Below are positions 1-9,930 of a stretch of DNA of 64,000 bases, piece by piece. Each line of letters starts with the position of its first letter. Within the stretch, counting starts at the first letter, position 1. The notes beneath the pieces are model-generated. The model was not told where the DNA came from, ran no database searches, and was given only the letters and a program-made list of their open reading frames with translations. The stretch lies in IMG/VR virus record IMGVR_UViG_3300033121_001780. One strand, given 5' to 3'. The position numbers and the translations under genes were made by a program. This DNA is from an uncultured virus (IMG/VR IMGVR_UViG_3300033121_001780). Taxonomy: Duplodnaviria > Heunggongvirae > Uroviricota > Caudoviricetes.

Positions 1-302
1 GATGATGCACACCCCTTGGAACAAAATTTATTATACCCTATATTAAATCCTCCATATCTTTGAAGATTAGATTCACACTTAAGACAGATCGGTATTTTAT
101 CAATCTTGAATATGTAATGAAATAATTTCTGTGAGAAAATATCAGTCTTAATTTTTTTATCTAAGCAAAATGTGTTTATATTTGAATATTCAATAGGATA
201 ATGTCTTTTTATCCAACTTTCTTTGACTTTGTTTCTATTAAATCTATCATTATCAAAGAAAGTTGAATATTCAAGAGATTCTACATTGATTTTATCAACC
301 AT
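1..302 (-). CDS. Partial ORF (runs off window start); Zn-finger-containing, homing-endonuclease-like N-terminus
   Basis: Not in ORF track. Manual translation from ATG 302: MVDKINVESLEY...KLFHYIFKIDKIPICLKCESNLQRYGGFNIGYNKFCSKGCAS; CxxC...FCSxxC pattern typical of large-phage endonuclease-associated domains. Confidence 0.55.
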   Translation of the reverse strand, partial: MVDKINVESLEYSTFFDNDRFNRNKVKESWIKRHYPIEYSNINTFCLDKKIKTDIFSQKLFHYIFKIDKIPICLKCESNLQRYGGFNIGYNKFCSKGCAS

Positions 303-312
303 TCAAAATAAA

Positions 313-345
313 TTTGTTTTTGATATATATTAATAATTATATTTG
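313..345 (+). promoter_or_regulatory. Bacteroidota primary-sigma promoter (-33 TTTG / -7 TAnnTTTG)
   Basis: TTTG 313-316 and TATATTTG 338-345, 21-nt spacer, upstream of ATG 376. Confidence 0.6.
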
Positions 346-375
346 TAAAAGTTAAAAAAAACTAAAATCTTAAAT

Positions 376-1497
376 ATGAATAAATTACTTCCCGAGGAAT
401 TCAAAACAAAATTGGCAACGCTAACAAAGCGAGAGCAAATCTACTTCCAGGTTATGTGGGCCAAGTCTGGAGTTCTATATATCACAGCAAAACCGGGTGT
501 TGCTAAATCAGCAATCGCTCGATCAATTGCTGAGAAAATGGGATTCCGATATATGGATCTTCGACTCTCAATGGTTGATGAAACTGATGTTGGTCTATAC
601 CCTTCTGTATCAGAAGCTGATACTACAACTGGTAAGGTTAAATGTTTGGATTTCGTTGTTCCACGTTGGGCAATCGAATCCAATAAACAACCAACAATTA
701 TTCACTTTGAAGAATTGAACCGAGCCCAACAATCCGTTAGGAATGCGGCGCTTCAGATTCTTCTTGAGCGTCAAATCGGCATCGATTTCAAATTCAATGA
801 AAACGTTCTGATGATTTCTTCGGGTAACCTTGGTGATGAAGATAATACAGATGTCGAAGAATTCGATGCAGCTCTGAATAACCGTCTCATTCACTATAAG
901 CATTCACTTTCGTTTGATGAATGGGTTGAAGGTTTCGCACAAGAAAAAGTTCATGGAATGGTTGTTTCTTATCTAAAGGCACACCCCGAGAATTTGTATA
1001 AGACAGCAGATGGAGCACAAGCATATGCAACTCCACGCTCTTGGACATTCATGAGTGATTTTATCATAGCAAACTATGGTAAAGATTCTTCTCCAAGAGA
1101 ATTCCTACCACTCCTAAAGGAAGTCGCAGCTTCTTACATTGGGAATTCGGCTCTGAAATTTATTCAATATTGTGAAGACATGTTGAATATCAGCATTCAC
1201 GATGTTCTCAACAACTACGATAAGGTGAAAAAAGATCTCGAAAAATACAATCGAGATAAGAAATCCGAACTCATTCAGTCTCTGAAGGAAATGGATATCA
1301 CCAAACTCGACGAGAAACAACTATCCAACGCTACCAAGTTTCTAAAAACCGTTGGTGATGATGAATTAACAAGCTATCTACTCCATATCCTCGATAACAA
1401 TATCGATGTTACTAAGGATAAGATCAAGAAATTCATGTTGGAGTTCAAAGACGTTCTCCAAACTGTGAAGAGGATCAACAAGGGTGGATCGAAGTAA
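376..1497 (+). CDS. MoxR/AAA_5-like AAA+ ATPase
   Basis: Walker A-like AKPGVAKS, DLRLS, Walker B-like IIHFEELNRA, SGN sensor, AALNNR arginine finger, TPRSW. Confidence 0.85.
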   Translation: MNKLLPEEFKTKLATLTKREQIYFQVMWAKSGVLYITAKPGVAKSAIARSIAEKMGFRYMDLRLSMVDETDVGLYPSVSEADTTTGKVKCLDFVVPRWAIESNKQPTIIHFEELNRAQQSVRNAALQILLERQIGIDFKFNENVLMISSGNLGDEDNTDVEEFDAALNNRLIHYKHSLSFDEWVEGFAQEKVHGMVVSYLKAHPENLYKTADGAQAYATPRSWTFMSDFIIANYGKDSSPREFLPLLKEVAASYIGNSALKFIQYCEDMLNISIHDVLNNYDKVKKDLEKYNRDKKSELIQSLKEMDITKLDEKQLSNATKFLKTVGDDELTSYLLHILDNNIDVTKDKIKKFMLEFKDVLQTVKRINKGGSK

Positions 1498-1501
1498 AAA
1501 G

Positions 1502-1528
1502 AACGAGGAGGAGCAATCCCCCTCGTTT
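1502..1528 (+). terminator. Putative intrinsic terminator
   Basis: ACGAGG-AGGA-GCAA-TCCC-CCTCGT hairpin followed by TT right after the ATPase stop. Confidence 0.5.
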
Positions 1529-1536
1529 ATATATAG

Positions 1537-1767
1537 GTGGTTATGAAGATTCAATTGAAAATCTTAACAGAACTTGGAAGTTTTAACGGACTTCCATTTG
1601 ATGTTTCAGAAGAACAATACGAAGTCTTAATAAAGAAATCCAGTAGTTATTATGAAGATGGTGGATTTGAAATGATAGATGAAGAAAAGAATTTATTAAT
1701 TATTTCTCCAGAAATTGTTAAAAGATCCATACTAAAAATAGATGTAGTAAAAGATGTTCAAGAATAA
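1537..1767 (+). CDS. Hypothetical protein
   Basis: 76-aa ORF overlapping the next gene; TATATATA box upstream. Confidence 0.6.
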   Translation: MVMKIQLKILTELGSFNGLPFDVSEEQYEVLIKKSSSYYEDGGFEMIDEEKNLLIISPEIVKRSILKIDVVKDVQE

Positions 1768-2407
1768 ATTTAAGAGATTTGGAGGGGAATATATCCCTGA
1801 CATAATTGAGTATATAAAAGAATATACCAAAAATGATCCGTCTACAACCATAAGCGTTGGATGTGATTCTATTCAGAAGAGAAAAAGAACCACCTACGCG
1901 TGCACCATTATGATGTATAATGGTGATGTTAAGAATGGAGCACACGTTGTATTCTTTCGAGAAAACCATCTTAAAATCAGAGACAATCATGAGAGGCTCC
2001 ATAAAGAGGCTCAATATGTCCATGATATTGCTACTTACCTAGATAATGAACTTCAAGGATCATATGTTAGAAAGGATCTAAGTGAGTGGGAAAGAAAGAG
2101 ATACAAATATCACCTTTCGCGATGTGATGGACAAAATGGACACCTTTTTCCTCACCAAGAAGAATCATTCATCAAACACATCAGCTTAAGCGAATATGAA
2201 TCTACAAATCCACATAAGCTTGTTGATATACATGTTGATTTTAATCCAAACGAAGGATCAATAAATGAAAAGGGTGTCTCTAAAAATAAATCCTATTCTG
2301 CGTATAGAGCATATGTTCCATGGCTCAGAGGATTGAATTTTAGAGTTTTCGCCAAACCAAATGCTCCAGGAGCATCAACAGCTGCTGACCTATTATTGCA
2401 AGATTAG
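1754..2407 (+). CDS. RNase H-like (YkuK/DUF458-type) protein
   Basis: ISVGCDS...TYACTI, DIHVDFN, final AADLL match the family pattern. Confidence 0.7.
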   Translation: MFKNKFKRFGGEYIPDIIEYIKEYTKNDPSTTISVGCDSIQKRKRTTYACTIMMYNGDVKNGAHVVFFRENHLKIRDNHERLHKEAQYVHDIATYLDNELQGSYVRKDLSEWERKRYKYHLSRCDGQNGHLFPHQEESFIKHISLSEYESTNPHKLVDIHVDFNPNEGSINEKGVSKNKSYSAYRAYVPWLRGLNFRVFAKPNAPGASTAADLLLQD

Positions 2408-2517
2408 AATTGATCCTTGGAACAAGGAATATGCCATAATAAGGATATTTTGTGATAGATTAAATGCCAAAAAATGACACTTCGACATTGTAAAAAATTA
2501 ACTATATTAGAGGAGGA

Positions 2518-2850
2518 GTGAAAGAACTGAACATAGATCTTATGAACAAAATGGGGTGGATAACCTATTCTCTCTCACGGGGAGTGGGCCTACCCCATTT
2601 GTTTGTAGATGATAAAATGGTCAAGTTCTTTATTAGAGACGAGAAGGACTTATATGTTATAAAAGAAACCAATCCAGATCAATATCTCTTTATTAAAGTC
2701 TTTAATGCTGATAATCCAATTCCAAAAATGGAAAAATGGAAATTCAATGATAATCAATCTATGTTTTCTCTGATTAAAGAGAACTTAGCCTGTAATAAAA
2801 AATATAAAAGAATACTTAAATTAAATTCGCTAGATGAAACGAGAAGTTAA
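2518..2850 (+). CDS. Hypothetical protein with C-terminal RxxK[IL]xx[IL] tag
   Basis: Ends KRILKLNSLDETRS. Confidence 0.65.
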   Translation: MKELNIDLMNKMGWITYSLSRGVGLPHLFVDDKMVKFFIRDEKDLYVIKETNPDQYLFIKVFNADNPIPKMEKWKFNDNQSMFSLIKENLACNKKYKRILKLNSLDETRS

Positions 2851-3394
2851 AGTCATTGCAATGTCACAAGCCCAGAGTCAAATGGGATCTTATGTAGTAA
2901 TTCTTTCTGAGATCAATGGATACAGAAAATTGCCTATTGTTGTGAAGACTCATGATGCTCAGCTAATAGCTTTGAAGATCGAGAATATTGATCCCCCAAA
3001 GCCAACTTCACATGATATAGTACATCAACTATCTAAAACATTCCATTTGGACTGTCAGGAGATCTATATACATAAAGTTTATGAGGGGATATTCTATTCC
3101 AAGGCCACTTTCTCTAATGGCATTGATGATATTGATATCGAAGTATCCTGTGGTGATGGAATTATAACCTCCCTAGGATTCGATTGCCCACTATATGTTA
3201 GTGAGGAAGTTCTTTCAACTTGTGGAATCACAACCACCGAAGATGGAGAACTTGTTGCTGATGATATGGACCAAGAAGAAAAGAGAGTGGTTTCATTGGA
3301 AGATCTTAAGCAAATGCTATCAGAGGCGCTTTCCAATGAGGATTATGAAATTGCAGCTGAGCTGCGAGACCAAATAGCAAAATTAGAATCGTAA
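2834..3394 (+). CDS. Bifunctional nuclease (DUF151-like) with C-terminal UVR motif
   Basis: YVVILSE..RKLPIVV, PTSHD, EGIFYS; C-terminal LSEALSNEDYEIAAELRDQI. Confidence 0.85.
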   Translation: MKREVKVIAMSQAQSQMGSYVVILSEINGYRKLPIVVKTHDAQLIALKIENIDPPKPTSHDIVHQLSKTFHLDCQEIYIHKVYEGIFYSKATFSNGIDDIDIEVSCGDGIITSLGFDCPLYVSEEVLSTCGITTTEDGELVADDMDQEEKRVVSLEDLKQMLSEALSNEDYEIAAELRDQIAKLES

Positions 3395-3398
3395 TCTA

Positions 3399-3743
3399 AT
3401 GAAAAGAGCTAGAATTCTCTATGAGACGGACATAAAGAATCATGATTATAACAGCAATAATATCAAATTTGGAGTTTATGGAGTCTTTGATACTAATGAT
3501 GTTAAATGGAAGTATTTCTTAATATCCTTCTATTATAGAGGAAAAGAAATTTCTACGAGCCCAGACCTATGTAAAGTTGTAGATCTTTCTCCATGGAATG
3601 TTGATTCTAATTGCAGAGAAATAGATTCTGTTGAATCTGGAATCACATTTATTCAAGAATATAAAATTAAATGGGAAACTGGATCAAACGATGTTAAGAG
3701 TAAAATAAGAGATGAGAAAATATCTAATATTCTAGATAAATAA
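3399..3743 (+). CDS. Hypothetical protein with C-terminal tag
   Basis: Ends KIRDEKISNILDK. Confidence 0.7.
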   Translation: MKRARILYETDIKNHDYNSNNIKFGVYGVFDTNDVKWKYFLISFYYRGKEISTSPDLCKVVDLSPWNVDSNCREIDSVESGITFIQEYKIKWETGSNDVKSKIRDEKISNILDK

Positions 3744-4358
3744 AAATCAAATTACTAGTTGGGGTTATGAATTGGATTTCATTGAAGCCGATCATTTTAT
3801 ATACTGGAAAAAATGCCTTTGTAAATTCCTTTTTAACATTTTCCATATATAATTTTCCCTCTTCAAATGAATCAAAATAGATATGTAGCCCGTGTTTGCC
3901 TTTTTTATCACATGATGGTTCTAATATAAGATCACAAGCCATTGCATTGTGTTCATAGTTAAAATCAGGATAGTCTCGATAGTCTTTTGATTGATTCCAT
4001 GGATCTTTGGAATCTTTCTTATGTATTTTTTTTGTATCCAAGCAAACTGATACATCATAGAGTCATTTTTTCCATCCATGCGGGGTGGGAAAACTCTTCT
4101 CCAATGTAAGAGGCTCCCAGCATATTCACTTTTTTTAAGATTATATGGCCCCGATCGGGCAGTAGCCACGCTGGGAGCCATCACGGGGACAGCCTTCCAT
4201 CCGTCGGTGTTCACGTGAGCGGACCATTTGCGGCACACCGAACATTCATACCGGACGGAGATCGTTCTATCCATGTAGTGCTTTGCGAACAGAAGTCCAT
4301 CCCTTTTCGCATCGCCACAGTGAGCGCAGAATGGGCCGTCTATGTAGGGGCTGATCAT
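3724..4358 (-). pseudogene. Chimeric/frameshifted ORF pair (3921..4358 and 3724..4041)
   Basis: GC-richer CxxC...CxxC N-terminus fused to AT-rich sequence; the two ORFs join by a -1 shift at an A8 run (4026-4033). Confidence 0.4.
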
Positions 4359-4402
4359 GGCAACTCAGGATCGTCGTTCGTCAGGGCGTTGCGTATATCT
4401 GT

Positions 4403-5066
4403 TGTTACCGGCAATGCAGCGACAGTGCTACCAACAACTGCTCCCCGATATATTTAGTGTATTGTGGCGGTATGCTTTGAGCCAATTCACCTTGCCCCAG
4501 CCAATACAAGCCGGTCATTTCCTGCACCAATCCAACACCGGAAAAATGCCCAACGTATTGAATAAATTCTCCGTCTTTTGGCCTTCTGCCCATCTTTGCA
4601 TTTGGTGCAGTATGTTCCGGGTGTAGCGGTGCTTTCAGTTCAATGTTGCTTTCAAATAGCCGATGCCTATAAGTTCTCATTCCAAACATTGAACCGCACA
4701 ATTCAATAGGGTTAATCAATGGGCTGCCCGGCACATTTTCAATTATGTAAGGCTTCCCGGTTTTAATCAACTCCCGCCTTGTTGCTTCAATCAAATCAAC
4801 ATACTCCTTTCCGGCTTTACGAAACTGCATTGAAGCCATACTGTAAGCTTGACAAGGCGGGCTTGCGTGTATCACGTCATATTCGTGAAAATGTGCTTTT
4901 AAGTATTCAATGGCATCGGCTTGTATGAAGTTTCCCCGGTGTTTTGGTTGCGGTTCAATATCAACACCCGTAACATCATATCCGGCTTGCTCATACCCAT
5001 ATCCTGCCCCACCGCCACAACAAAACAAGTCAAGCAGTTTGGGACGAGAATGCACTGCCGGTAACA
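4403..5066. repeat. 16-bp inverted repeat (15/16) flanking the methyltransferase core
   Basis: TGTTACCGGCAATGCA 4403-4418 vs TGCACTGCCGGTAACA 5051-5066. Confidence 0.8.
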
Positions 5067-5202
5067 CTGCATACCCGGCAATGGGGGCTGACGTGCTACT
5101 TTCGGCATTCGTACTATTATCAAAGTTCAGTTCTAATTTCATCATTTGTGCTTTTAATTCCCCCCTTAGTCTCGAAGAATCACCAAAATCGTATGTATGC
5201 AT
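4405..5202 (-). CDS. C5 cytosine DNA methyltransferase (likely start 5145)
   Basis: LLDLFCCGGGA (SAM binding), GVDI, IHASPPCQ (catalytic PC), IIENV, RYRHRLF-like motif. Confidence 0.85.
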   Translation of the reverse strand: MHTYDFGDSSRLRGELKAQMMKLELNFDNSTNAESSTSAPIAGYAVLPAVHSRPKLLDLFCCGGGAGYGYEQAGYDVTGVDIEPQPKHRGNFIQADAIEYLKAHFHEYDVIHASPPCQAYSMASMQFRKAGKEYVDLIEATRRELIKTGKPYIIENVPGSPLINPIELCGSMFGMRTYRHRLFESNIELKAPLHPEHTAPNAKMGRRPKDGEFIQYVGHFSGVGLVQEMTGLYWLGQGELAQSIPPQYTKYIGEQLLVALSLHCR

Positions 5203-5380
5203 AATTTTCCTCTAAGAGACCTCTTGAGGGATTTTAAATGTTTCATTATCTATATATTAATCCCACCAAATTCTTAAATATTCACTTTCTTAAATATTCA
5301 CTTCCGATATTTAGCGTCCGCATGAGAGAAAGCATTCGTAATGCCACATTACCAATAATGGAAACTCTTTTTGAAATAAG

Positions 5381-5701
5381 TTAATTATGCGAAGCAATAC
5401 AATCAACGATCTTATCGTTTGTCACGCTTTGGTAATTTCGAATAGTTGGCATTGCATCTCTTAAGAAATCTCCACTAATCTTTTCATTTAGGTCAAAAAT
5501 AGATTTGAATTTCTCTGAATCCCAGAAAATTATAAAATCCCATTTTTCCTTTGGGAGAATTACCAAAAATCCATTGAACAGGAAATGCTTCAATCCGCTA
5601 TGATGACACTTATACTCTAAAAGGCTTCTTTCAAATTGAGGAACCTTTAACTCTTGAATTGTCGAATTTCCACTTTTTGCGTAAATAACGGAGATTTTCA
5701 T
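5381..5701 (-). CDS. Hypothetical protein
   Basis: 106-aa ORF; GATATATA box 4 nt before ATG. Confidence 0.6.
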   Translation of the reverse strand: MKISVIYAKSGNSTIQELKVPQFERSLLEYKCHHSGLKHFLFNGFLVILPKEKWDFIIFWDSEKFKSIFDLNEKISGDFLRDAMPTIRNYQSVTNDKIVDCIASHN

Positions 5702-5729
5702 AAGCTATATATCTAGCTTTGCTCCATCC

Positions 5730-6347
5730 TTAGCATTCTAAGACTCCCTTCAACCAATCGATTTTATCTTTAGGTAGAATCAGACATCCGGAATTTGTAA
5801 AGAATTCATATCCTTTATTAAGAACTTGCTTATTTGTGGAAATTGTTCCAGGTAACGAGCACATTATTTCAAAAAGATCTTCAGAAGGAACCTTGAATCC
5901 CTTTTCATATTGTTTCATAATAAATAGGTCATCTGAAAATTTGGCCTTTACTCTAGACATTATCGCTATGTCTGGAACAGGAGCAAAAACTATGTTTGCA
6001 TTATTAAATGGTATAACCAATGCGATTTTGCCCATTCCACCATATCCGAAATATTCTGCTCCTTCTGTGGTAGTTGATCCAATCAAGCTTTTATATCTTG
6101 GAACAGGATATTCTTGTCTCATATCAAAGAAATCCTTGTAGCTGTAATTTCCAATCGTTCCTCTTCTTCTAGATTCTTTAAAAAGTTGAAGACCAACTTT
6201 ATCTTTGCTCCTCCATAATTGATCATTATCAAAAGAGAAATTTGAGCATTCTCTAAAGAATATATCTAAGAATTCATTTTCTACTAGATCCTGACATCTA
6301 GAATTTCTGTGAGAGTTATATTCTAATATAAATTTACTCATTGCCAT
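5730..6347 (-). CDS. Hypothetical protein (degenerate N-terminal tag MSKFILEYN)
   Basis: 205-aa ORF overlapping the end of the neck-like gene. Confidence 0.65.
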   Translation of the reverse strand: MAMSKFILEYNSHRNSRCQDLVENEFLDIFFRECSNFSFDNDQLWRSKDKVGLQLFKESRRRGTIGNYSYKDFFDMRQEYPVPRYKSLIGSTTTEGAEYFGYGGMGKIALVIPFNNANIVFAPVPDIAIMSRVKAKFSDDLFIMKQYEKGFKVPSEDLFEIMCSLPGTISTNKQVLNKGYEFFTNSGCLILPKDKIDWLKGVLEC

Positions 6348-8565
6348 TTTCTTTTGTTCCGTATGGGAAGTTTTCTAGAATAATTCTAGTATTTGCATTA
6401 TCTGCAAACACCATAAATTTAGCATCATCCCCAATAATATATTGATTTAGAATTGAATTGTGTTGGTTCTCAGGAATGATATCTCTGAAGAGCCTAATAT
6501 TGGTTGCTTTAATATCGGATGACATAATTCTGCCATCAACTCCCTCCAATTCATATTCTATTGGCTCCATATCCATTGATTCAGTATATAGTAATCTTAG
6601 TTTTGTAGAATTTAGATCACGAGCTATATCCTCATCATCGTCATCCACATCTCTCTTATAAATCCATTGCTTTATGTTTCTCTGTCTTTGATCAACATTC
6701 AAGACATAGCAATACCAAACGTCTTCTAATAGAGCATCAACCCCACCTGTTCCAAAATCAAAGCTATATGTTGATGAATTCAAGGTAAGGTTCATTGAAT
6801 CATTCACTAGATTGACCTTCCATCCTAAACTGTTTATTGAGTCATATAGCTCAAATAGATTTATACTTTCGTCTTCTATATAATTGTTTATTCTAAACCA
6901 GACCATATATCCGATATTATCAGAAACCTTCAATTGGGATGGAACATTTTTATATGTCACAGCAGGCACAGATTGTGTTAGGGTTATAAATCCATCTGTT
7001 AGTAGATTTGAGAAATCATAGTGCTGTTTGGATATAACAGTTGATGAATTCTCTATCAATTCTTTTATTATTTCTGCACTGAATTCCAATCGTATAGGAT
7101 CTTTTGTTAGGGTTTGTTGTTCTTTTTTGTTTGCTACCGCATCCTTATCTTGTTTTACTTCTACTCCAAATAGTTCATCGATAGTTGTATTCTTTGTAAG
7201 TTGCTTGATGGCGTCCTCAATAGCTTGTGATCCAGCAGCAACATTGGCTCTGTTGTTGTATTTTTTCAATATAACTTTATAGTAAACCGCAGCATTATTA
7301 AAGTTTCTAAATTGCTGAGCATGATCTACGATGAAAATTCTATTTATATCACAGAACCATATTATATCTTCTTTTGAAGGTCTTCTTTGAACACCAAAGG
7401 CCTTTTTGAAATCTTGCTTAGTTATTTGTATCTCAAATGAATCAAACAAAGCCAAATCAAATGTATTCATGGCTATTTGGTTATCAGGAAATTGATTGTT
7501 ATCTACAGTTGCCTTGATTTCTTCTGCACAAACTATGTTGTATAATTGAAATTCATTTAAAGTATGATCAATTCCTTTGCCATCTGGATCAGTTGCAAAG
7601 TATTTTATCTTATGACCAAACATCGCAACCGCATCTGTACTTAGCTTATTAAGCAAATCCATAGCTTGGGTTTGCTGATATGGATTGTATAATTGTTCTT
7701 TGTTCTCGTCAGTCAGTTGTGGTAAACCCTCTGATTGACAATTGTCACCACCTAACATGGACGATTCCAATCCACCAACCAATGATGACTGGCAGCATTC
7801 TCGTATACCATATAGATTTGTCTTTAGATAATCCTTGCTAACATTCTGGAAATCACCTATCAAATTTATGTCTGTGATCTTAATTGGAGAACTCGAAAGG
7901 TTTTCAACTAGATATTCTATATGGAAGAATCTTATAGGATTTATCCTGACCGTGGATATATTCTCCATAGTCAATGGTTCCCAATTGGACCATGTGCGAG
8001 TATTATCCTGAGAAAATCTATATTTTATATCAATATTGGATAGATCATTTGGTGATATGATCTCAATATCATCTATTCTAAATATTTTATACACATATGG
8101 AGCTCTAATTATCTTCTTACCATATGATGGGATTATAAATGTTCCATCATTCTCTCCTCTGTAGAGTAGTCCGTCTAGTCCAAATGATAATAAACGAATT
8201 GATCCATTCGTTTTAGTTCCTTTTCTAACAAATTTGACATCGATTCTCATTAGATCAAGTGGATCAAATGGTGGAAAGTTATTTATTTCCTCGTTCAATT
8301 CTAACCATTCTGTCCAAGATACTCCATTTCGAGATATTCTATAGTAAGTTTCTAGATATCTAGTATTTATAATCCCCTCAGCGGAAAATGTAAAGGTGGT
8401 GAACTTTTCAACCAATTCAAGACTGATTGTTGAAATTACTAATTCTTGATCAACAGAATCGAAATAGGGTGTATAATCTATATCTGTTGAGTTTGTAGCT
8501 CCCGAATCCCACTCTTGAGTTATATGGACCACATATTCGGTAAAGTCATTAGTAACTTGGGGCAT
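6334..8565 (-). CDS. Neck/head-closure protein (T4 gp14-like core) with extra N-terminal and LamG-like C-terminal domains
   Basis: AVAMFGHKIKYF...FDSFEIQITKQDFKKAFG..RPSKEDIIWFCDINRIF resembles gp14; C-terminal WFRINN..WYCYVLN is concanavalin-like. Confidence 0.6.
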   Translation of the reverse strand: MPQVTNDFTEYVVHITQEWDSGATNSTDIDYTPYFDSVDQELVISTISLELVEKFTTFTFSAEGIINTRYLETYYRISRNGVSWTEWLELNEEINNFPPFDPLDLMRIDVKFVRKGTKTNGSIRLLSFGLDGLLYRGENDGTFIIPSYGKKIIRAPYVYKIFRIDDIEIISPNDLSNIDIKYRFSQDNTRTWSNWEPLTMENISTVRINPIRFFHIEYLVENLSSSPIKITDINLIGDFQNVSKDYLKTNLYGIRECCQSSLVGGLESSMLGGDNCQSEGLPQLTDENKEQLYNPYQQTQAMDLLNKLSTDAVAMFGHKIKYFATDPDGKGIDHTLNEFQLYNIVCAEEIKATVDNNQFPDNQIAMNTFDLALFDSFEIQITKQDFKKAFGVQRRPSKEDIIWFCDINRIFIVDHAQQFRNFNNAAVYYKVILKKYNNRANVAAGSQAIEDAIKQLTKNTTIDELFGVEVKQDKDAVANKKEQQTLTKDPIRLEFSAEIIKELIENSSTVISKQHYDFSNLLTDGFITLTQSVPAVTYKNVPSQLKVSDNIGYMVWFRINNYIEDESINLFELYDSINSLGWKVNLVNDSMNLTLNSSTYSFDFGTGGVDALLEDVWYCYVLNVDQRQRNIKQWIYKRDVDDDDEDIARDLNSTKLRLLYTESMDMEPIEYELEGVDGRIMSSDIKATNIRLFRDIIPENQHNSILNQYIIGDDAKFMVFADNANTRIILENFPYGTKENGNE

Positions 8566-8569
8566 GGAA

Positions 8570-8577
8570 TATATATT
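8570..8577 (-). promoter_or_regulatory. AATATATA box (putative late promoter), 4 nt before ATG
   Basis: AATATATA-TTCC-ATG; same arrangement at about ten other starts. Confidence 0.6.
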
Positions 8578-8583
8578 AAATTT

Positions 8584-8614
8584 TTTGACAACTCTGAATA
8601 ATGTCGTATATTTG
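8584..8614 (+). promoter_or_regulatory. Bacteroidota primary-sigma promoter
   Basis: TTTG 8584-8587, TATATTTG 8607-8614, 19-nt spacer. Confidence 0.7.
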
Positions 8615-8654
8615 TACTAAGATCGGAAAAATAGCGATCTAGAAGAAAAGAACA

Positions 8655-9872
8655 ATGGATATTAAACAAAAATTCTTAGAGTTAACGTCTCGGACTTATC
8701 CTCATGGAACCGAGCATTTTCTCTTTGATAAGATACCTCAAGATCTAGAAATGGATGATTTTGGGAATCTATTTGTGAAAATTGGGGAGAGTGATGTTAT
8801 GTTTACTTCACACCTCGATACAGCAACTAGTGCCATTACAGAGGTTAATCATGTTATCGAAGGGAATATTATCAAAACTGATGGTAAATCTATTCTTGGT
8901 GCTGATGATAAGGCAGGTGTTACTATAATGTTGTATATGATTGAGAATAAGATTCCAGGACTCTACTACTTTTTCCTTGGTGAGGAAGTGGGATGTTTAG
9001 GATCTAGGAAAGTTTCAGGAGCTCATGCAATCGAAAAGCTTTCATATATCAATAAAGTTATCTCTTTTGATCGACGTGGAACTGATTCTGTAATTACCTT
9101 CCAAGGGGGATCACGATGTGCCTCTAACGAATTTGGTCAATCACTTGCTGATGAACTTAATAAGCATGAGACAACTTTCAAATATATTATTGATCCAAGT
9201 GGCGTCTATACAGATTCTGCTCAATTCGTTAAAATTTATCCGGAATGCACCAACATCTCTGTCGGATATTACAGCGAACATACATACAGCGAGCGCCAAG
9301 ATATAGACCACCTCGTTAAGCTAGCAGAAGCTTGTCTCAAAGTTGATTGGATTTCTCTTCCAGTTAATAGAGATATGAACAAGACAGAATATGGTGGATA
9401 TGGTGGATACTACGGTGGTGACTGCGAATATAATTGGGGAGGAGGCAATGGATGGTATGAGGACTATGGAATGAATCATAGATCAACCTACGTTTCATCA
9501 AAGCCATCAACGAAAAAGATTTTCTTCCACGATGAAAAGTTCAATTGCATGAGCAGTTTTACAATCAATTCCTCGACATTGGAAGTGATTGAAGTAGACC
9601 TCTCAAACGAAAGGATTCGTCATGAGGAAAGCGATATCTACGACATGTTGATTGGAATAGATTTTGAATTCGATGACCTATCATGGGATGGACTCACTCT
9701 TAAAATCAAGGATAGGGGAGTATCACTAATTCCTCTGAAAAGGGACGAATTGAAAGAGTATATTCCAGAACTTGATCTCAAAACTTGGATTCTAGAGCAT
9801 GAAGAAGATGAGCGTAAATTTTCACGGATAAGGGAAAGCCACGGTGGATCAATGATAAAAATAGACATCTAA
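8655..9872 (+). CDS. M20/M28-family zinc metallopeptidase-like protein
   Basis: FTSHLDT, GADDKAG, GEEVG, SFDR, GYYSEH; Gly/Tyr-rich linker. Confidence 0.8.
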   Translation: MDIKQKFLELTSRTYPHGTEHFLFDKIPQDLEMDDFGNLFVKIGESDVMFTSHLDTATSAITEVNHVIEGNIIKTDGKSILGADDKAGVTIMLYMIENKIPGLYYFFLGEEVGCLGSRKVSGAHAIEKLSYINKVISFDRRGTDSVITFQGGSRCASNEFGQSLADELNKHETTFKYIIDPSGVYTDSAQFVKIYPECTNISVGYYSEHTYSERQDIDHLVKLAEACLKVDWISLPVNRDMNKTEYGGYGGYYGGDCEYNWGGGNGWYEDYGMNHRSTYVSSKPSTKKIFFHDEKFNCMSSFTINSSTLEVIEVDLSNERIRHEESDIYDMLIGIDFEFDDLSWDGLTLKIKDRGVSLIPLKRDELKEYIPELDLKTWILEHEEDERKFSRIRESHGGSMIKIDI

Positions 9873-9875
9873 AAA

Positions 9876-9905
9876 TTGACCCTCGGAAACGGGGGTTAAT
9901 TTTTT
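9876..9905 (+). terminator. Intrinsic terminator
   Basis: TTGACCCTCG-GAAA-CGGGGGTTAA then T-run, directly after the stop. Confidence 0.75.
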
Positions 9906-9930
9906 GAACACATTCTGTTTTATAGATATA

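Noticed and set aside
182..274. Two TTGAATATTCAA palindromes (182-193, 263-274) and a 13-bp inverted repeat (214-226/253-265) as an operator or origin
   Set aside because: They lie inside an open - strand coding frame (1..302) in very AT-rich DNA, and I noticed no further copies; there is no independent support.
3300..3394. UVR motif (ELRDQIAKL) counted as a tag instance
   Set aside because: Spacing differs from R-x-x-K-[IL]-x-x-[IL] and it belongs to a known motif.
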